Below, piece after piece: positions 45,039-60,538 of a stretch of DNA of 64,000 nt. The notes below the pieces were generated by a model, which was given only the letters and a program-made list of their open reading frames with translations, was not told where the DNA came from and made no database searches. Made by a program: the position numbers and the translations under genes. This DNA is from the human T2T-CHM13v2.0 reference genome, Homo sapiens: the NCBI RefSeq assembly GCF_009914755.1, contig NC_060927.1; one strand, given 5' to 3'. Positions within the stretch are counted from its first letter, which is position 1. Each line of letters opens with the position of its first letter.

Positions 45039-46224
45039 GGAAGATTTTTTATTACTGATTTGATTTTGTGACACATTACTGATCTATTCAGGATTTCTAT
45101 TTTTTTCTTCTTTAATCTTGGGAGGTTTTATGTTTCCAGGAATTTATCCATTTCCTCTAGGTTTTCTAGTTTGTGCACATGGAGACATTCATAGTATTCC
45201 TTGATGATCTTTGTATATCTGTGGTATGAGTTGTAATGTCACTTTTATCATTTCTGATATGTACTCATTTGAATCTTCTTTTTTTCTTGGTTAACATAGA
45301 AATTTATCCTTTCTAAGAACAAACTTTTTGTTTCATTGATCTTTTATATCTTTTTTAGTTTTCAGTCTCATTTAATTGTGCTCTGATCCTTGTTATTTAT
45401 TTTCTTCTGCTAGCTTTGGGTTTGAATTATTCTTGTTTTTCTAGTTCCTTGAGTTGCAACATTAGGCTGTTAATTTGAGATCTTTCTATCTTTCTGATGT
45501 AGGCATTTAATGCTATAAGCTTTTCTCTTATCACTGCTTTTGCTGTATCCCAGAGGTTTTGGTATGTTGTGTCTCTATTTTCATTCATTTCAAAAATGTT
45601 TTTTGATTTCTGTCTTACTTTTGTTGTTTACCCAAAAGTCATTCAGGAGCAGGTTACTTAGTTTTCTTGTACTTGAGTAGTTTTCAGAGTTCCTTTCTGG
45701 TATTCATTTCTAATTTTATTCCACCATGGTCCAAGAAAATAGTTGATATGATTTTTATTTTTTTGAATTTATTGAGATTTTCTTTATGGCCAAAAATATG
45801 CTCAATTTTGGAAAATGTACCATGCACAAATGAGCAAAATGTATATGCTGTTGTTGTTGGGGAGAATGTTCTGTAAATATCTATTAGATCCGTAGATATT
45901 TAGTATCTATGGGTCTGTGTACTGTTGTCAGTGGGGTGTTGAAGTCCCTACTTCTGTATTATTGAATTGCTTTCAGTCTGTTTTCTTAGGTCTAGTAGTA
46001 TTTGGTTTGTAAACCTCGGTACTCCTACGTTGGGAATATATATATTTATAGTTAAATCTTGTTGCATTGAGTGCTGTATCATTATATAATGCCTTTCCTT
46101 GTCTTTTTTTTTAACTGTTGTTGGCTTAACATCTGTTTTGTTTGATATAAGAATGGCTACTGCTCTTCATTTTTTAATTTTTAAATTTCCATTTGTGTGA
46201 TATATCTTTTTCTATCCCTTTGTA

Positions 46225-47567
<1,343 letters not shown>

Positions 47568-49737
47568 TCCTTTATTTTGAATCTGTAGGTGTCTTTAGGC
47601 ATTAGGTGAATCTCTTGAAGGCAGCAGATGGTTGGGTCTTGTTTTTGTTGGTGTTGATGTTGCTTTAGTTTTTTTAAATCCAATTTACCACTCCATCTTT
47701 TAAGTAGAGCATTTAGGTCATTTGTGTTCAAGGTTAATATTGATATGCAAGGTTTTATTCCTATAATAGTGTTGTTAGCTAGTTGCTTTGAAGTCTCAAT
47801 TGTGTAATTGCTTTATAGGGTCTTCTATGAGCTTTGTACTTAACATGTCCTTTTATGACGATGAGTATTGTCCTTTCATTTCCATGTTTAGAACACCTTT
47901 GAGCATATCTTGTAGGTTCAGTGTAGTGGTGATGAATTCCCTTAGTGTTTGCTTGTCTGGAAATGACTTTATTTCCCTTTCATTTATGAAGCTTAGTCTG
48001 GCAGGGTATAAAACTCTTGACTGACAAAATTTTTTCTTTAAGGAGGCTAAAAATAGGTCTCAATGTCTTCTGGCTGAGATGTTTGCAGTCTGATGAGATT
48101 CCTTTTATAGGGGATTTGATGTTTCTCTCTAGCTGCTTTTAGAATTTGTTATTTTACATTGACCTTGCATAGCTTTATAACTATATGCCTTGATGATATT
48201 CATCTAGTATAGTAACATCCAGTTGTTTTCTCAGCTTATTGTATCTGAATTTCTGCATCTCTAGCAAGATCAAGGAAATTTTCCTGCATTATTCCTTCAA
48301 ATATGTTTTCCACATTTCTTAGTTTTTCTTCTTCTCTCTCAGGAGTAACTATAATTCATAGGTTTGGTCACTTCACATAATTCCATATTTCTCCAAGGCT
48401 TTGTTTATTTTTTAAAACATATTTTCTCTTTACTTTTGTCTAACTGGGTTAATTTGAAAGACCAATCTTCGAGCTCTGAAATGATTTCTTCTGCTTGGTC
48501 TAGTCTACTCTTAAAGCTTTCAACTGTATTTTGAACTCATTTAAGTGGATTTTTCATTTACAAACGTTCTGTTTGTTTTTGTTTTTAAGACATCTATCTC
48601 TTCCTTCATTTCCTGGGTTGCTTTTAGGGTTTCTGTGTGTTGGTTTTCAACCTTTTCTTTGATCTCATTGAATTTTCTTACAATCTATACTTTGAATTTT
48701 TATGTAATTTCCGAATTTTCATTTTGGTTAGGGTCCATTGCTAGAGAGCTAGTGTGATCCTTTGATGGTTTCACAGCATTCAGATTTTACATGGTACCAG
48801 AATTCTTATGCTGGATCCTTATCATCTAGGGAAGCTGACACTTCTTGCTTTTGAAGTTACTTTTGTTTGGATGGAACTTTAAAAATCTATCTTTATTTTA
48901 TTTATTTCCCACCCCACCTTGAGGATGTGACTGTACAGTATGTTAGGTAGGGGCCTTTTGGCTTTGCTTCTATGGTCCTGTGCACTTCTGTTGGCAGGTT
49001 TTATATTGCATTGTGTGGTTTGACCTACCGGCCAGTAGGTGGCACTTCCGGGTAAGAGCCAGCAGCGCAAAAGCAGGTGAGTACGTACTTGACACTTGTT
49101 TACTGTGAGGTGCTCTCTGTTGTTTCATGTGATGGGCTGGGCAGCCCTGTTCGGGGTGAAGGGGGGACAAAGATGGGCAGATCTGGGCCACCTGGCTTGC
49201 CCATGAATACTCCAATGAAGAGCACAAGCACCAGACTTAAGGGGGTGACAGTGGGGGCTCCTGGTTAAATGCACTGAGATCTTTGCTGGGGTTGAAGAGG
49301 CTGCACCAGCTGCATGCCCTAGATCGGCAAGAACTTGATCTGTTTATCACACCCCTGTCCTGGGGGCTTGTGACTCTTAGTTCAGATCCACACCATTTGT
49401 CCATCTATCTCTAGGCCACAGTGCAGCTGAATGCCGTGGGAAATGCCTGACCCTCAGCTCTCAGTAGGAACGGTTTTGGGGTGGAACCTCTTTGTTCCAC
49501 CCAATAAAGACGGCTTTGTGGCTAACCTGTTCGTCAATGCAGTAATGTTGCTACTTTGTGTAGAGAAGGGGAGGATACCTTTCAGGATGTGCGTGAGGCT
49601 GGGTATTAGCTGTGGTGGAGTTGGCTGGTTGGGTTGACCGGCCTCTAGCCCTGGGTGGAGTGGTCAGGTGTCAGTGGTGTAGAAATGGACTAGGTAATTC
49701 CCCAACTCCCATGTTCCTAACTTATGGAACACTTTCT

Positions 49738-50030
<293 letters not shown>

Positions 50031-51338
50031 TTATGGGGCACTTTCTGTGTGCCTAGTTGCACCAGCCTTGTTTTCATTCCCACTGTGACTCTGAGGTAGG
50101 TATTATGATCCCCATTTGGTCAATGAGAGGAAGGAATAAAGGACACTGATGAGTTCTATGTGTTGTCGTCCTGGAAGAGAGAGGGTGTGGATGAATGAAA
50201 CAGAAGTTAAACTCACCTAGGGGAGAGATATTTTCTGTTGGAAAGTAGTAGATATCACCCTCAAACATAAAAGCTATTCGTGAGGGTAATTTTCTGAGGT
50301 GAGTTTAGTTAAATTACTTACAGATATTTAACCATATGAGTGAATTAAAAATTTTCATTATATTTACTTAATTTAGTACTTTTTATTGAAAGCTGTTGGC
50401 GTTGGTCTTCTATCAGCAGAGAAAACATTATTGAGTTGTTATTTAAAGTGTTAATCTGATGGTTCTTTAATTTTTCACCTTTCTACTAAAAAATCTGATT
50501 TGATGCTGAGCAAATGCCTGCTCTTTTGTTTTAATTCTGAAAACAGAGTTTAAATAATTACTTTCTAGGCTCTTTATAGTTCATCATTTTTCTTTTGTCA
50601 TTTAGTTTATAATTATATTTAAATGCTCTTTGCTTTAGTTAAAATTATTTTTACTGTTCGATGCTCATTTTTTAAAATGAGTTTTTAAAAGTATTTTGGG
50701 TTTTCTTGGGCTTTGCTTTAATTGACATAATTTTCCAGTTCTACCATTTTCTGAAGCTTTTAAAATCGTTCTTTCTTCTAAAATTCTCACTTTCATTTTT
50801 GCTAGTGTTTGACCTACTCTGCTCTTCATTTTTAGAATATACAATTACTTTATTAGAAAAAATTTATGGCTGTGTATTGTGACACTTACTTTTCTTTAAA
50901 CTAACATGCACTCCATAAATTTTATGTTTAAGCATACAAATCTAGGTAACTGTTTTATTTTGCCTTTTTATTGCTATTATTTCCTCAAATACTTTGATGC
51001 CAAGAAAATTGGTGAAAATATATAGAGGAATAGCACTTGGAGACCTTGATTTTTCAAGAACTTTAAAGTTTGGTATAAATGTAGAAAAATAGTGTATAAG
51101 CAAAATAACATGGTGCTGTGATGGACATTGCAATTTTTTAAAATTTTATATTATTGCTTATTCTCTAGGATGTTTAAAAGTACAAGAAACCTTTATGATA
51201 TTCAATTTTTAGAAAAAAATCTTTACTTCTATTTAGATTTTTATTCCTTTTGAAAGCTATTTCTAGCACATATGATGAACTTGATTTTTATTCACTTTTA
51301 TTTTTCTTAAAAATTGTATTTGTTTTTACCTGTGTGAA

Positions 51339-51340
<2 letters not shown>

Positions 51341-51378
<38 letters not shown>
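51341..51378. repeat. (AC)19 microsatellite
   Basis: Seen directly. Confidence 0.97.
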
Positions 51379-51380
<2 letters not shown>

Positions 51381-52391
51381 CTATGGAAATCATGTTATTA
51401 GTCAGTCAAGTTCTCATATTCTTTATTCCAGCTAAACTTTCAACTACCTATAAATCTCATGCTTTATATTCAAAGTTAAGTTAACCAATTATTTAAACAT
51501 GTAATTCTCAACAGATCAAAGATTTCACCTTTGATTGGCAGCCAGTCTAAAGCTCTACCTTACATTTGATTCTTTTAAGCCTCCAGGGAGGATATTTGAT
51601 CCTTTTCTAAGTCCTCTGCTCTTTTTTGCCCTCATGCCACTCATCTCCTTGTAAAATCCTGCATTTCATTATTAGCTTTACACAGACCCACAAATGGCTG
51701 TTTTCTCTTATTAAGTTTCCCCGGGCTCTTCAGCCAAAGTGGAGTTCTATTTTATAGAAGTGCATTTCAACTCCTACTATTACTATTGCCTTTCACTCAT
51801 TGCTTCAATTTCCTCTTCACTAGATTTCCTTTGAATTTCCTTTAATTTGGCCTCTTAACTCATGAATTCGCCAAAGCTATACTTCCAAATGTCACTAATA
51901 ATCATTTCTTGTTAAAATCCCAGAGCTTTTACTCTGTTCTTGTCTTTCTTTCACTCTTGATTGCTTTAGATATGTTTAAAAGTCTCTCTTCATTTGCTAT
52001 ATACATCTTTCAGTTCCAGGACCCTAGAGAATGGTAGATATTTGATGCCATCTCTTTGAGATACATCTGTTAAAGAAAACCATATATATTATTTGGTCTC
52101 TTAGGGCAAATTGTGGATATTTCAAGGTATAGCTATTTCCAGGATTGGAAATGTAAAGGATAATTGTAATTACCTTCATATTCCTAATGTTCTATGCCTT
52201 CTTTATTTTGCATTTTCGTATAGCCTATTGAACATATCCACTAGGATAACCCATAGTCGTCTTAAAGCAAACCAGAATTTACCAACTCCTTCCTATTTCT
52301 AAGCCACTTGTCTTACTTGTATATGTGTGTTTCTTGAAGAAATCTTCATGATTAAGGAGATACTATAAATTGTCTGTTTCATCATAATAAG

Positions 52392-52545
52392 CAAAGTCCG
52401 ATAGAGTAGTCACTAGTAATGTGTGGCTGCTGAACACTTGAAATGTAACTGGTTACATTTGTTTCTTTTTTATTTCTAAGGTTGGCCACTTAAAAATTTA
52501 AAATTACATATGTGGCTCACATTTTATTTGTATTGGACATTGTTG
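52392..52545 (-). mobile_element. MER33-like hAT-Charlie element, internally deleted
   Basis: 'aaaatttaaaattacatatgtggctcacattttatttgtattggaca' and 'tgtggctgctgaacacttgaaatgt'. Confidence 0.75.
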
Positions 52546-52845
52546 GTATAGGTTATGCCACAGTCATAATCACAAAACCTTAGTGACTCACAAGTACAAA
52601 TACTTATTCTCCCTGATACTCCATGTTTATTGCAGGTTGGCTGAAAGTTCTGCTCGATATCTCCTTACTCCTGAAACCAAGTTGATGGAGCAACCATATT
52701 CTAAAGACTGCCAACAGTGGGATAGAGGGAAAGAGAACTCTAGGGATCTTGCATTAAAAATGAAATGCTGTGGCCTCCAGCTGATTAATTTTGCATGCGT
52801 ATTCTTGATTCACTGACCAGAATAAGTCCCATGGTCCTTTCCTGT
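52546..52845 (-). mobile_element. MLT1K/L-like MaLR LTR fragment
   Basis: 'ggttatgccacagtcataat..aaaaccttagtgactca...gaaaccaagttgatggagcaacc...ctgaccagaataagtcccatgg'. Confidence 0.6.
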
Positions 52846-53489
52846 AGTTACTTAGAAATGCTATTTTGGCAATCATACCATTATTTATTCTAGCATAATG
52901 GTAATTATTAGATTTAATCTTTAGAACAACCTTACATTATTTTCAGTTTCTGATTAGAGCTTAGTTATTATTGGATAACTCACACAAAACTGTTATACTT
53001 CAATTAAATCTGTATTAGAAAATTTAAAAAAGCAAACATTGGAAGGTGTTTACTTATCCCCTTTACTTACAGATTGTTTTCTTCATAATTTTTCTCAAAG
53101 AATTTTTAATTCTTCAGAATTCTACAGAGATGCATGCCCAGTTTAACAGAGATTTCATAGCAATTAACACTGTTATAAGCTGTAATGACTGGAAAAACAC
53201 AGAAAATAATTGAGTTATTTATTACCCCATGAGTATGCAGGCAACTCCCCATTCTCTGAGATGTGGCAGGTCTTAGGATCACTTGGTTCTTCTGGAAAAT
53301 AAAGCCCGTAATCTTATTTATGGAAGTTCTCCCATGGCTCTCTCAGAGAAAGGTTGTGAAATCCTGTATGACAGACCCACTCTCCATGAAAATGAATGAC
53401 CAAACGACATGTTTGACACAATCATCAAAAAATATCCTTAAGATACAATTACGTATAGAAGCAAGGTTGATCATGTAGAAAGGTCTTGG

Positions 53490-53805
<316 letters not shown>

Positions 53806-54469
53806 TTAGCCAGAAAACATCTTCATGGCACCATTTGCTAAGTGACTTTAATTAAAGTACTTAAGCTTATTCAGTCTTATTCCTGATCAGGAAAATGGGG
53901 ATAATGCTTACCTTGTAGGTTTATTATGTGTCTAACAGTCTTCTGGCACATATTAATTCCACAGCTATTTTAAAAGAACTATAATGTAATTTCATATCCT
54001 AATTGGTGGCCACATAAACAACATATTACTTTTCAGATAGATTCTTTTGCAAATAAGTGTCCTCATTAATTTCTTAATAGTGTTTTCACTTTATCTTGAA
54101 ATTATAAATCATGTTCAATTTGCCCTTCTACTCGGATTCTTGATGTACCTTTACTATATATTATCAAATTCATTAGGTTGCCCTTCATTCAAATCACTGG
54201 GGGCTTTTCTTCAAACTGGCCCCAGCTGGGTCTCTGTCTTCAATCATTTCTTTCTGTCTCTCTTCCCCCCATGGCACTTTGCTTATGCCGGTTTCATGGC
54301 AATTATTACATATGCCCTTAAACTATACTCTTGTATACAAGAATTATTGCTCTCTAAATCTTATGCTTTCTAGGGCAGGAGCTATAATAGTAAGAATCAA
54401 CTAAAATGAATGGCAAACCTATTCCCTACTAAGTTTTCTAATTTCTTTATCTCAATTTAAATGTCTAAA

Positions 54470-54595
54470 GGACATAAAGAAGTGGGAAATTAAGGCCAAG
54501 ACAGTAATTACCCAAGGCCACACCAATACAAAGTGGCAGAGCCAGGATTCAAATCCAAGTTGGCTTCTACCTAAAACTTAACTTTTAAATCAGTT
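54470..54595 (-). mobile_element. MIR fragment
   Basis: 'ttacccaaggccacacc...aagtggcagagccaggattcaaatccaag'. Confidence 0.7.
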
Positions 54596-56487
54596 TCCAC
54601 ATTTCCTTTCCTCACACCTGCCCAACTCTGGTGGAGCTCCCCACCCCCTGCAACATTCAACATAAAGCCTTGATTCATGCTTTTAATTGATTAATAAATA
54701 AATTCAAATTTCCTTAACTATCATTACTTTTATTAGTAAGCAGCTGTTATGTTCTTTGCAAACACTGAAGGGAACAAAAGCACTAATAACTTACAGAGAA
54801 TAATACCACTCTCCCCCAATCACAGGGCATGCTGAGAGTGCCCGTTTCAAAAACACATACAATTTAACAGAATGAAAACGGATAGATTAAAAATATAGAG
54901 TAAAGGGAAATAAGAGTAGAAAAAAACAGATATTTCAGGCATATGGTTAGTCCACAAGGATACAAATCAGAAGACAGTGAGTTGGAACAGACTTCAAATT
55001 TGGTGCTGACCTTCTTTACATCAAAGTAAAGTGGAAAGACAATGAGCTATGAAATATAGTGTTCCTAATATGGAAAAAACTGTTTGCTCAAGGAAATTTG
55101 TTAACATATGAAGGCACTTTTGATGTTGTGAAAAATATCCTGCATTAAATACAACATTCCTTTTTGCATGGCTACGTGATAAGTTTTGCTTTGTGATGCA
55201 GCAGTGTAGCAGAACTCACTTATTAAGTAGCGTGCATTCTGTCTCTCAGCCAAACACCCACATTATTCCCTACTATATTCAGATATCAGATCATAAGTGA
55301 CAGGACTATAGACAGTGCTCTGAGCCTTAGTAATATGTAAAAAAGAGGAAAAAATGCAAGGAGAATTGTATCTAGGCTGCTCAGATTATCAGACACCACA
55401 TCTAGAGTGAGAGGATCAAACTAGTATAAACAGTGACCATAAGAAGTTGACTCACTTTTGATGAACAAGACCCACTTTTAATAATGGATTTATACATTTT
55501 TAATAGTTGGCTTACATTTCATTATCGTTTATTCAGTACCATTGCAAGCCTTTGGTTTTCTGTTGTCAAAATAAGTAGGAAAAACAGAAGATCAAATGGT
55601 CATAGTATTTTTTGCTTCGAAATAAGGCACATGATTTAAATACAGGCAAGGGCATGCACAGATGAATTTTGATAGAACTGAGAAAACATTCACTGTCATC
55701 AAGTCAGGTCTCACTGTCTGAGACATATTAACTCGTTTGCAGTCATGTGATAAAACAAGAGAAACCTCAGTCTCAGAAGTTTTACACAGCAAAGCACAGC
55801 ATCAGGGAGTGGTCCCCTGTGAGGTTAGAAAGTATAAACCAAGTTGCCTCTTGGATTGTGCTTTTTGGGTGGGTGGGAGCCTTAGGAAACTTGACTGGCT
55901 TAGGGAATCCTTTTCTGATGATTCCTGTCTTCCCCTTCTGGTATCTGTGAGGATGGGAAGCTGACAATTGATCCAGCAGATGTCTCACCAGCTACTGAGT
56001 TCTTCCAAGAGGTGATCAGGCATAACTCTTAGGTTCTGCTACCTCTTAATCACAGTCTATTCTGGAGATGGTTAATCTTCCTTGCTAATGAGGATTTAAT
56101 TCTATTTTAATTGTGATGTTCCGTTTTCTTTGACTTATTCCCAGCTCCCAGCTTCCATTTCCTTACCTTTGTTCACTGAGAGTTAATTGCTCATCAATAC
56201 CTGGGGGAAAAAAAGTAAATAATCTTTTCAGTTTTGATGAGTAAATAGTAAGATATTAAGGCAGTATTCTCAGTTGTGTTTAAGGACTATCTAAATTGGA
56301 GTATCTTCATGTACTTGTTAACATGCCAACATGGCCTCTACTCCAAACTCACTGAAGTTGGAGAACCAATACCTTACATTAACTAGCATAGCAAAAATGT
56401 AATTCCTACTTTATCTTAATGGTTTTAATTACTTAATGATTTACTCTGTATAAAAATGTTGAATAATAGCTAGCTGTCTTTTCATGA

Positions 56488-56997
56488 TGTATTAGTCAGG
56501 ACTCTCCAGATAATCAAAGCCAAGAGTAGGGGATATGTGTGTGCACGAGTGTGCGTGTGTGTGTGTGTGCGTAGGGAGAGATAAATTTATTATAAGTAAT
56601 TGGCTCACATGATTATAGAGGCTGACATGTCCTAACATCTGAAGCCAGCAAGTTAGAGACTCAGGAGAACTGTTGTTATAATCTGAGTCCAAAGGCCTGA
56701 GAAACGAGAGCCAATGGTGTAATTTCCAGTCTGAGTCTGAGTCCAAAAGCAACAGAAGACCAATGTCCTAGTTTGAAGGCAGGCAAAAAGAGTGACTTCT
56801 CCCTTACTCAACATTTGTTCTCTTCGGGCCTACAGTGGATTGGATGAGACCCACATACATTGGAGAAGGTAATCTGTGTTACTGAGTCCACCAGTTCACT
56901 GTTAATCTCGCCCAGAAACACTCTCAAAGACACACACAAAAGAATGTCTGGGCACCTCATGGCTCAGTCAGGTTGACAAATAAAATTAATGATCACA
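56488..56997 (-). mobile_element. MLT2 (C/D-like) LTR, the 3' LTR of an ERVL provirus
   Basis: 'tgtattagtcaggactctccaga' to 'ggttgacaaataaaattaatgatcaca'. ERVL PPT-like sequence follows immediately. Confidence 0.9.
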
Positions 56998-57271
56998 AAT
57001 CCACGTGTTGTCAACTTGACATCCATATGTATCTCCTTAAGTCACACTTAATCTCCAAATAAAAACAATAACTAGGTTATAATTCCAACTATTATACAAG
57101 TCTCCTGCACACAAACAGAGAATACGCTAATTCCTTCCATAGACAAGGAGGTAAAGTCCTCGAGTAATGTTAACTTTTCTCCTTGACATTCCATAACTTA
57201 AATACTGTGATATAAAGTCAGTACATCTTACGTTACATGACAAGAAGGGAAGAAAAAAAGGTATTTGCTTA

Positions 57272-57309
57272 GTGTGTGTGTGTGTGTGTGTGTGTGTTTG
57301 TGTGTGTGT
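57272..57309. repeat. (TG)n microsatellite
   Basis: Seen directly, with one interruption. Confidence 0.9.
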
Positions 57310-57488
57310 AAATATATTTATAATAAAATAAAGAAGAACTACTCATAACAATTACAACCCTAGTTTCTGTAACTGGTTATATAGTTGTAGCTGGTATTTA
57401 TGGCTACTTTCTTCTACTATGCATTCTGTATTCCCTTTGCCTTCAGCAAGCACCTCAGCTAGCTGTGGTTCTTTACTGGTGGAGTGAC

Positions 57489-58085
57489 TCAAACTTTCAT
57501 TCCTGAAGGGTCTGGACTATTTGTAGTGCTGCTTGGATTGAGTTGGTGTACTCTTTCATTGACTTTATGCACAGGACATAGTGATATCAAGAGATGCCCT
57601 AAAGGATCTCCTATGTTCCAGACATCCTCTTTCTTACCTCCATTGTGGAGTTGCACTCCAGTTTTCCTTTGGTAGCCAGGATCAGTCAGCACAACTAGCA
57701 CAGTAACTCCCTTCTTTGTCTGTTGATTCAAAGGCATAAAGAGTTCAAAGTGGCTGTGTGGCAGTATTAGCTTCCAGGTCAATGGAATAATTGTTGTGTC
57801 ACCTAGGGGAAGCATTTCTTTCCCTGAAACTAAGACTTCTAGGCCAGCAAAGGATAAAGCTGTGGAAATAGGAAGCAAAAATGTTGTAAGTGGTGTAATA
57901 GTGACTGGTACTACTTCTGTTTCCACCCTTGATTCCCAGACCCGTGAATCCTGGGAGAAACAGCACCATATATTGGATGCTGATTCAGACCGCATACAGC
58001 CTTCTGGAGAACCTTGCCCCATCCCTGCAAGGTATTGCCAGCTAGCTGTCACTGTAACGAAATCTTTAGAAGACCATTCCACCAT
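57489..58085 (-). pseudogene. ERVL dUTPase-like remnant
   Basis: 'AGLEVLVSGKEMLPLGDTTIIPLTWKLILPHSHFELFMPLNQQTKKGVTVL..DPGYQ...LHNGGKKEDVWNIGDPLGHLL'. ERVL carries a dUTPase downstream of integrase. Confidence 0.8.
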
Positions 58086-59160
58086 TCTCTGAAACCAGCT
58101 GCTTCAGGGTGGTGGGAAACATATAAAACTAGTGAATTCCTTGAGCATGGGCTCACTGCTGCACTTCTTTTGCTGTGAAGTGAGTTCCTTGAGCAGGGAC
58201 AATGCTGTATGGAATATCATAACAGTGAATAAGGCATTGTGTAAGTCATTGGATGATAGCTTTGGTAGAAACGTTATGCGCAGAGAAGGCAAATCTAAAT
58301 CCAGGGTAAATGTATATTTCAATAAGGACAAAATGCTGCCTCTTCCATAATGAAAGCAGTGTAATACATTTAACCTACCACTAGGTAACTGGCTGGTCAC
58401 TGGAGGAAGTGGTGTCATGTCAGGGACTCATAGCTGGTCTCCGCTGCTGGGAGATTAGGCTATCAGTGATGGCTCTAGCCAGTTGGCCTTTGTGAGTAGA
58501 AGTCCATATGTGAAGCCCATGCCTAACCTTCAACCCTAGGTAATTGCGGAAAGAAGCCGTCTGGAATCCACAGAATATGTCATGCTATTCAGTAATTATT
58601 AAAATATTCCTCTGCTAGGGTCACCCTTTGGTGAACATTTACATGGAGCAAATATCTTCATGGTTTTTTTTTTTTTTTGCTCATTCAGAAAATCCTATCC
58701 ACACACATCTTCCCCAAATTTCCTTGTCACCAATTTTCCAATCATGTTTCTTCCAAGTCCCTAACCATCTGGACAAACCATCAGCCACAGCCCCTGAGTT
58801 AGTATATAATCACACATCTGACCATACCTCCTTACAAGAAAAGTGAACATCAGATGAACTGTCTGAAGTTCTGCCCACTGGGAGGATTTCCTTCACTGCT
58901 GTCTTTCAAGGGTGTCCCACAGAGGTCCTGTGGTGCTACATTTGTCCACTTTCGGGTGGTGCCTGCTTATTGTGCAGACCATCTGTAAATCATACCTAGC
59001 TCTTTTCTTCCTCTGTCATCTGATAGTAGGAAAGTCTCCATTAGGCCATAGGTGCTGGTGGGGAGAAAGAAGGCAGTGTAGCAAGAGTGGGGATATGTAC
59101 ATTTGGGTCACCTCTTTATGCAACTCACTTGTGCTTTCAGGATCTGTTTGGGCTCCATCA

Positions 59161-59786
59161 TATATATGTGTATATATATAAAAAACATATATATGTTATA
59201 TATTATATATGTTATATATAACATATATATGTACATGTATATACATACATGTACATATGTATATACGCATATGCATGTATATGTATGTATATGTATATGT
59301 ATGTACATGTATATGTATATATACATATGTATATATAAAATATATACATAATATATATAACATATATGTTATGTTATATATGTTATATAATATATGTATG
59401 TTATATATTATATATTTATATATGTACAGATATAGCATATATGTATATATGTACATATATAACATATATGTATATATGTACATATATAACATACATATAT
59501 GTACATATGCACATATATAACATACATATATGTACATATGCACATATATACATATATGTACATATGCACATATATACATATAGGTACATATATAACATAT
59601 ACATGTACATATATAACACATATATATGTACATATATACATATATACATATATACATATGTTATATATGTATATATGTTATATATATTATATGTTATGTA
59701 TGTGTTATATATATCTTATATATGTTATATATATGTTATAAATGTATATATAACATACGTGTGTGTGTGTGTGTATATATATATAT
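59161..59786. repeat. ~625-bp compound (TA)n/(TACA)/(TATG) low-complexity tract
   Basis: Alternating purine-pyrimidine tract interrupting ERVL pol. Confidence 0.95.
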
Positions 59787-60334
59787 CTTAGTGATAGAGT
59801 GCTGTTGAGTAGGGCAACTTTATAATGGTTTACTGGGTTAGATAAGACCCAGTTTATGATGGGCAGCTCAGACCACTTGGTAATTTGGTGGCTTCTGGTT
59901 AAGTGTTCAGTTTCTACGAAGGCCCAGTAGCAGGCCCAGAGCTGTTTCTCAGAAGAAGGGTAGTCATCTGCAGAGGATGGCAGGGCTTTACTCCCAAACC
60001 CTAAAGGCCTGTGCTGAGATTCCCTTATAGGGACCATTCAGAGGCTCCAACCAGCATCCCTGTCTGCCACTGCCACTTCAAGCACTGTTGAATATGCTAG
60101 GTCATATGGTTCATGTGGCAGAGCAGCTTGCACAGCTGCCTGGATCTGCTACAGAGCCTTCTCTTTTGCTGGGCCCCACTCAAAACTAGCAGCTTTTCAC
60201 ATCACTCAGTAAATGGGCCAGAGTAACACATCCAAATGAGGAATATGTTGACTCCAAAATCCAAAGAGGCCCACTATGTGTTTTGCCTCTTTTGTGGTCA
60301 TAGGAGGGGCCAGATGCAACAACTTAGCCTTCAG

Positions 60335-60538
60335 AAAAAGAAGGTTGTGCATTATGCATTGGCTCTTAAACCCTCCACCTGGAAGTGACACATGTCATTT
60401 TCAGTAACAAGTCTTTGGCAGTGGCTCCTTTCATGGGTCCATGAAATCTTAAGCAGGGCCAGGAAGTGCAGCCCTGCCATGTTCTCAGGGGTCAGAGAAC
60501 AGGGAATGTTTGGTGAACAGAGCTAATGACTGACTGCA
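60335..60538 (-). mobile_element. MLT1K/L-like LTR fragment
   Basis: 'ggctcttaaaccctccacctggaagtgacacatgtca...gggccaggaagtgcagccctgccatg...tttggtgaacagagctaatgact'. Confidence 0.65.

Larger units (their letters stand above)
56998..60333 (-). mobile_element. ERVL internal region (partial RT/RNase H, integrase, dUTPase), 5'-truncated
   Basis: Minus-strand translations 'KLLHLAPPMTTKEAKHIVGLFGFWSQHIPHL', 'RPLGFGSKALPSSADDY..EKQLWACYWAFVETEHLT' and a dUTPase-like ORF. Confidence 0.92.

Noticed and set aside
57489-58085. 198-aa ORF as a domesticated dUTPase
   Set aside because: The N-terminal part does not read as in-frame integrase, the motifs look degenerate, and the surrounding pol is broken by stops and frameshifts.
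59103-59808. Many overlapping Tyr/Ile/Met/Cys-rich ORFs
   Set aside because: Translation artefacts of the TA-rich low-complexity tract.
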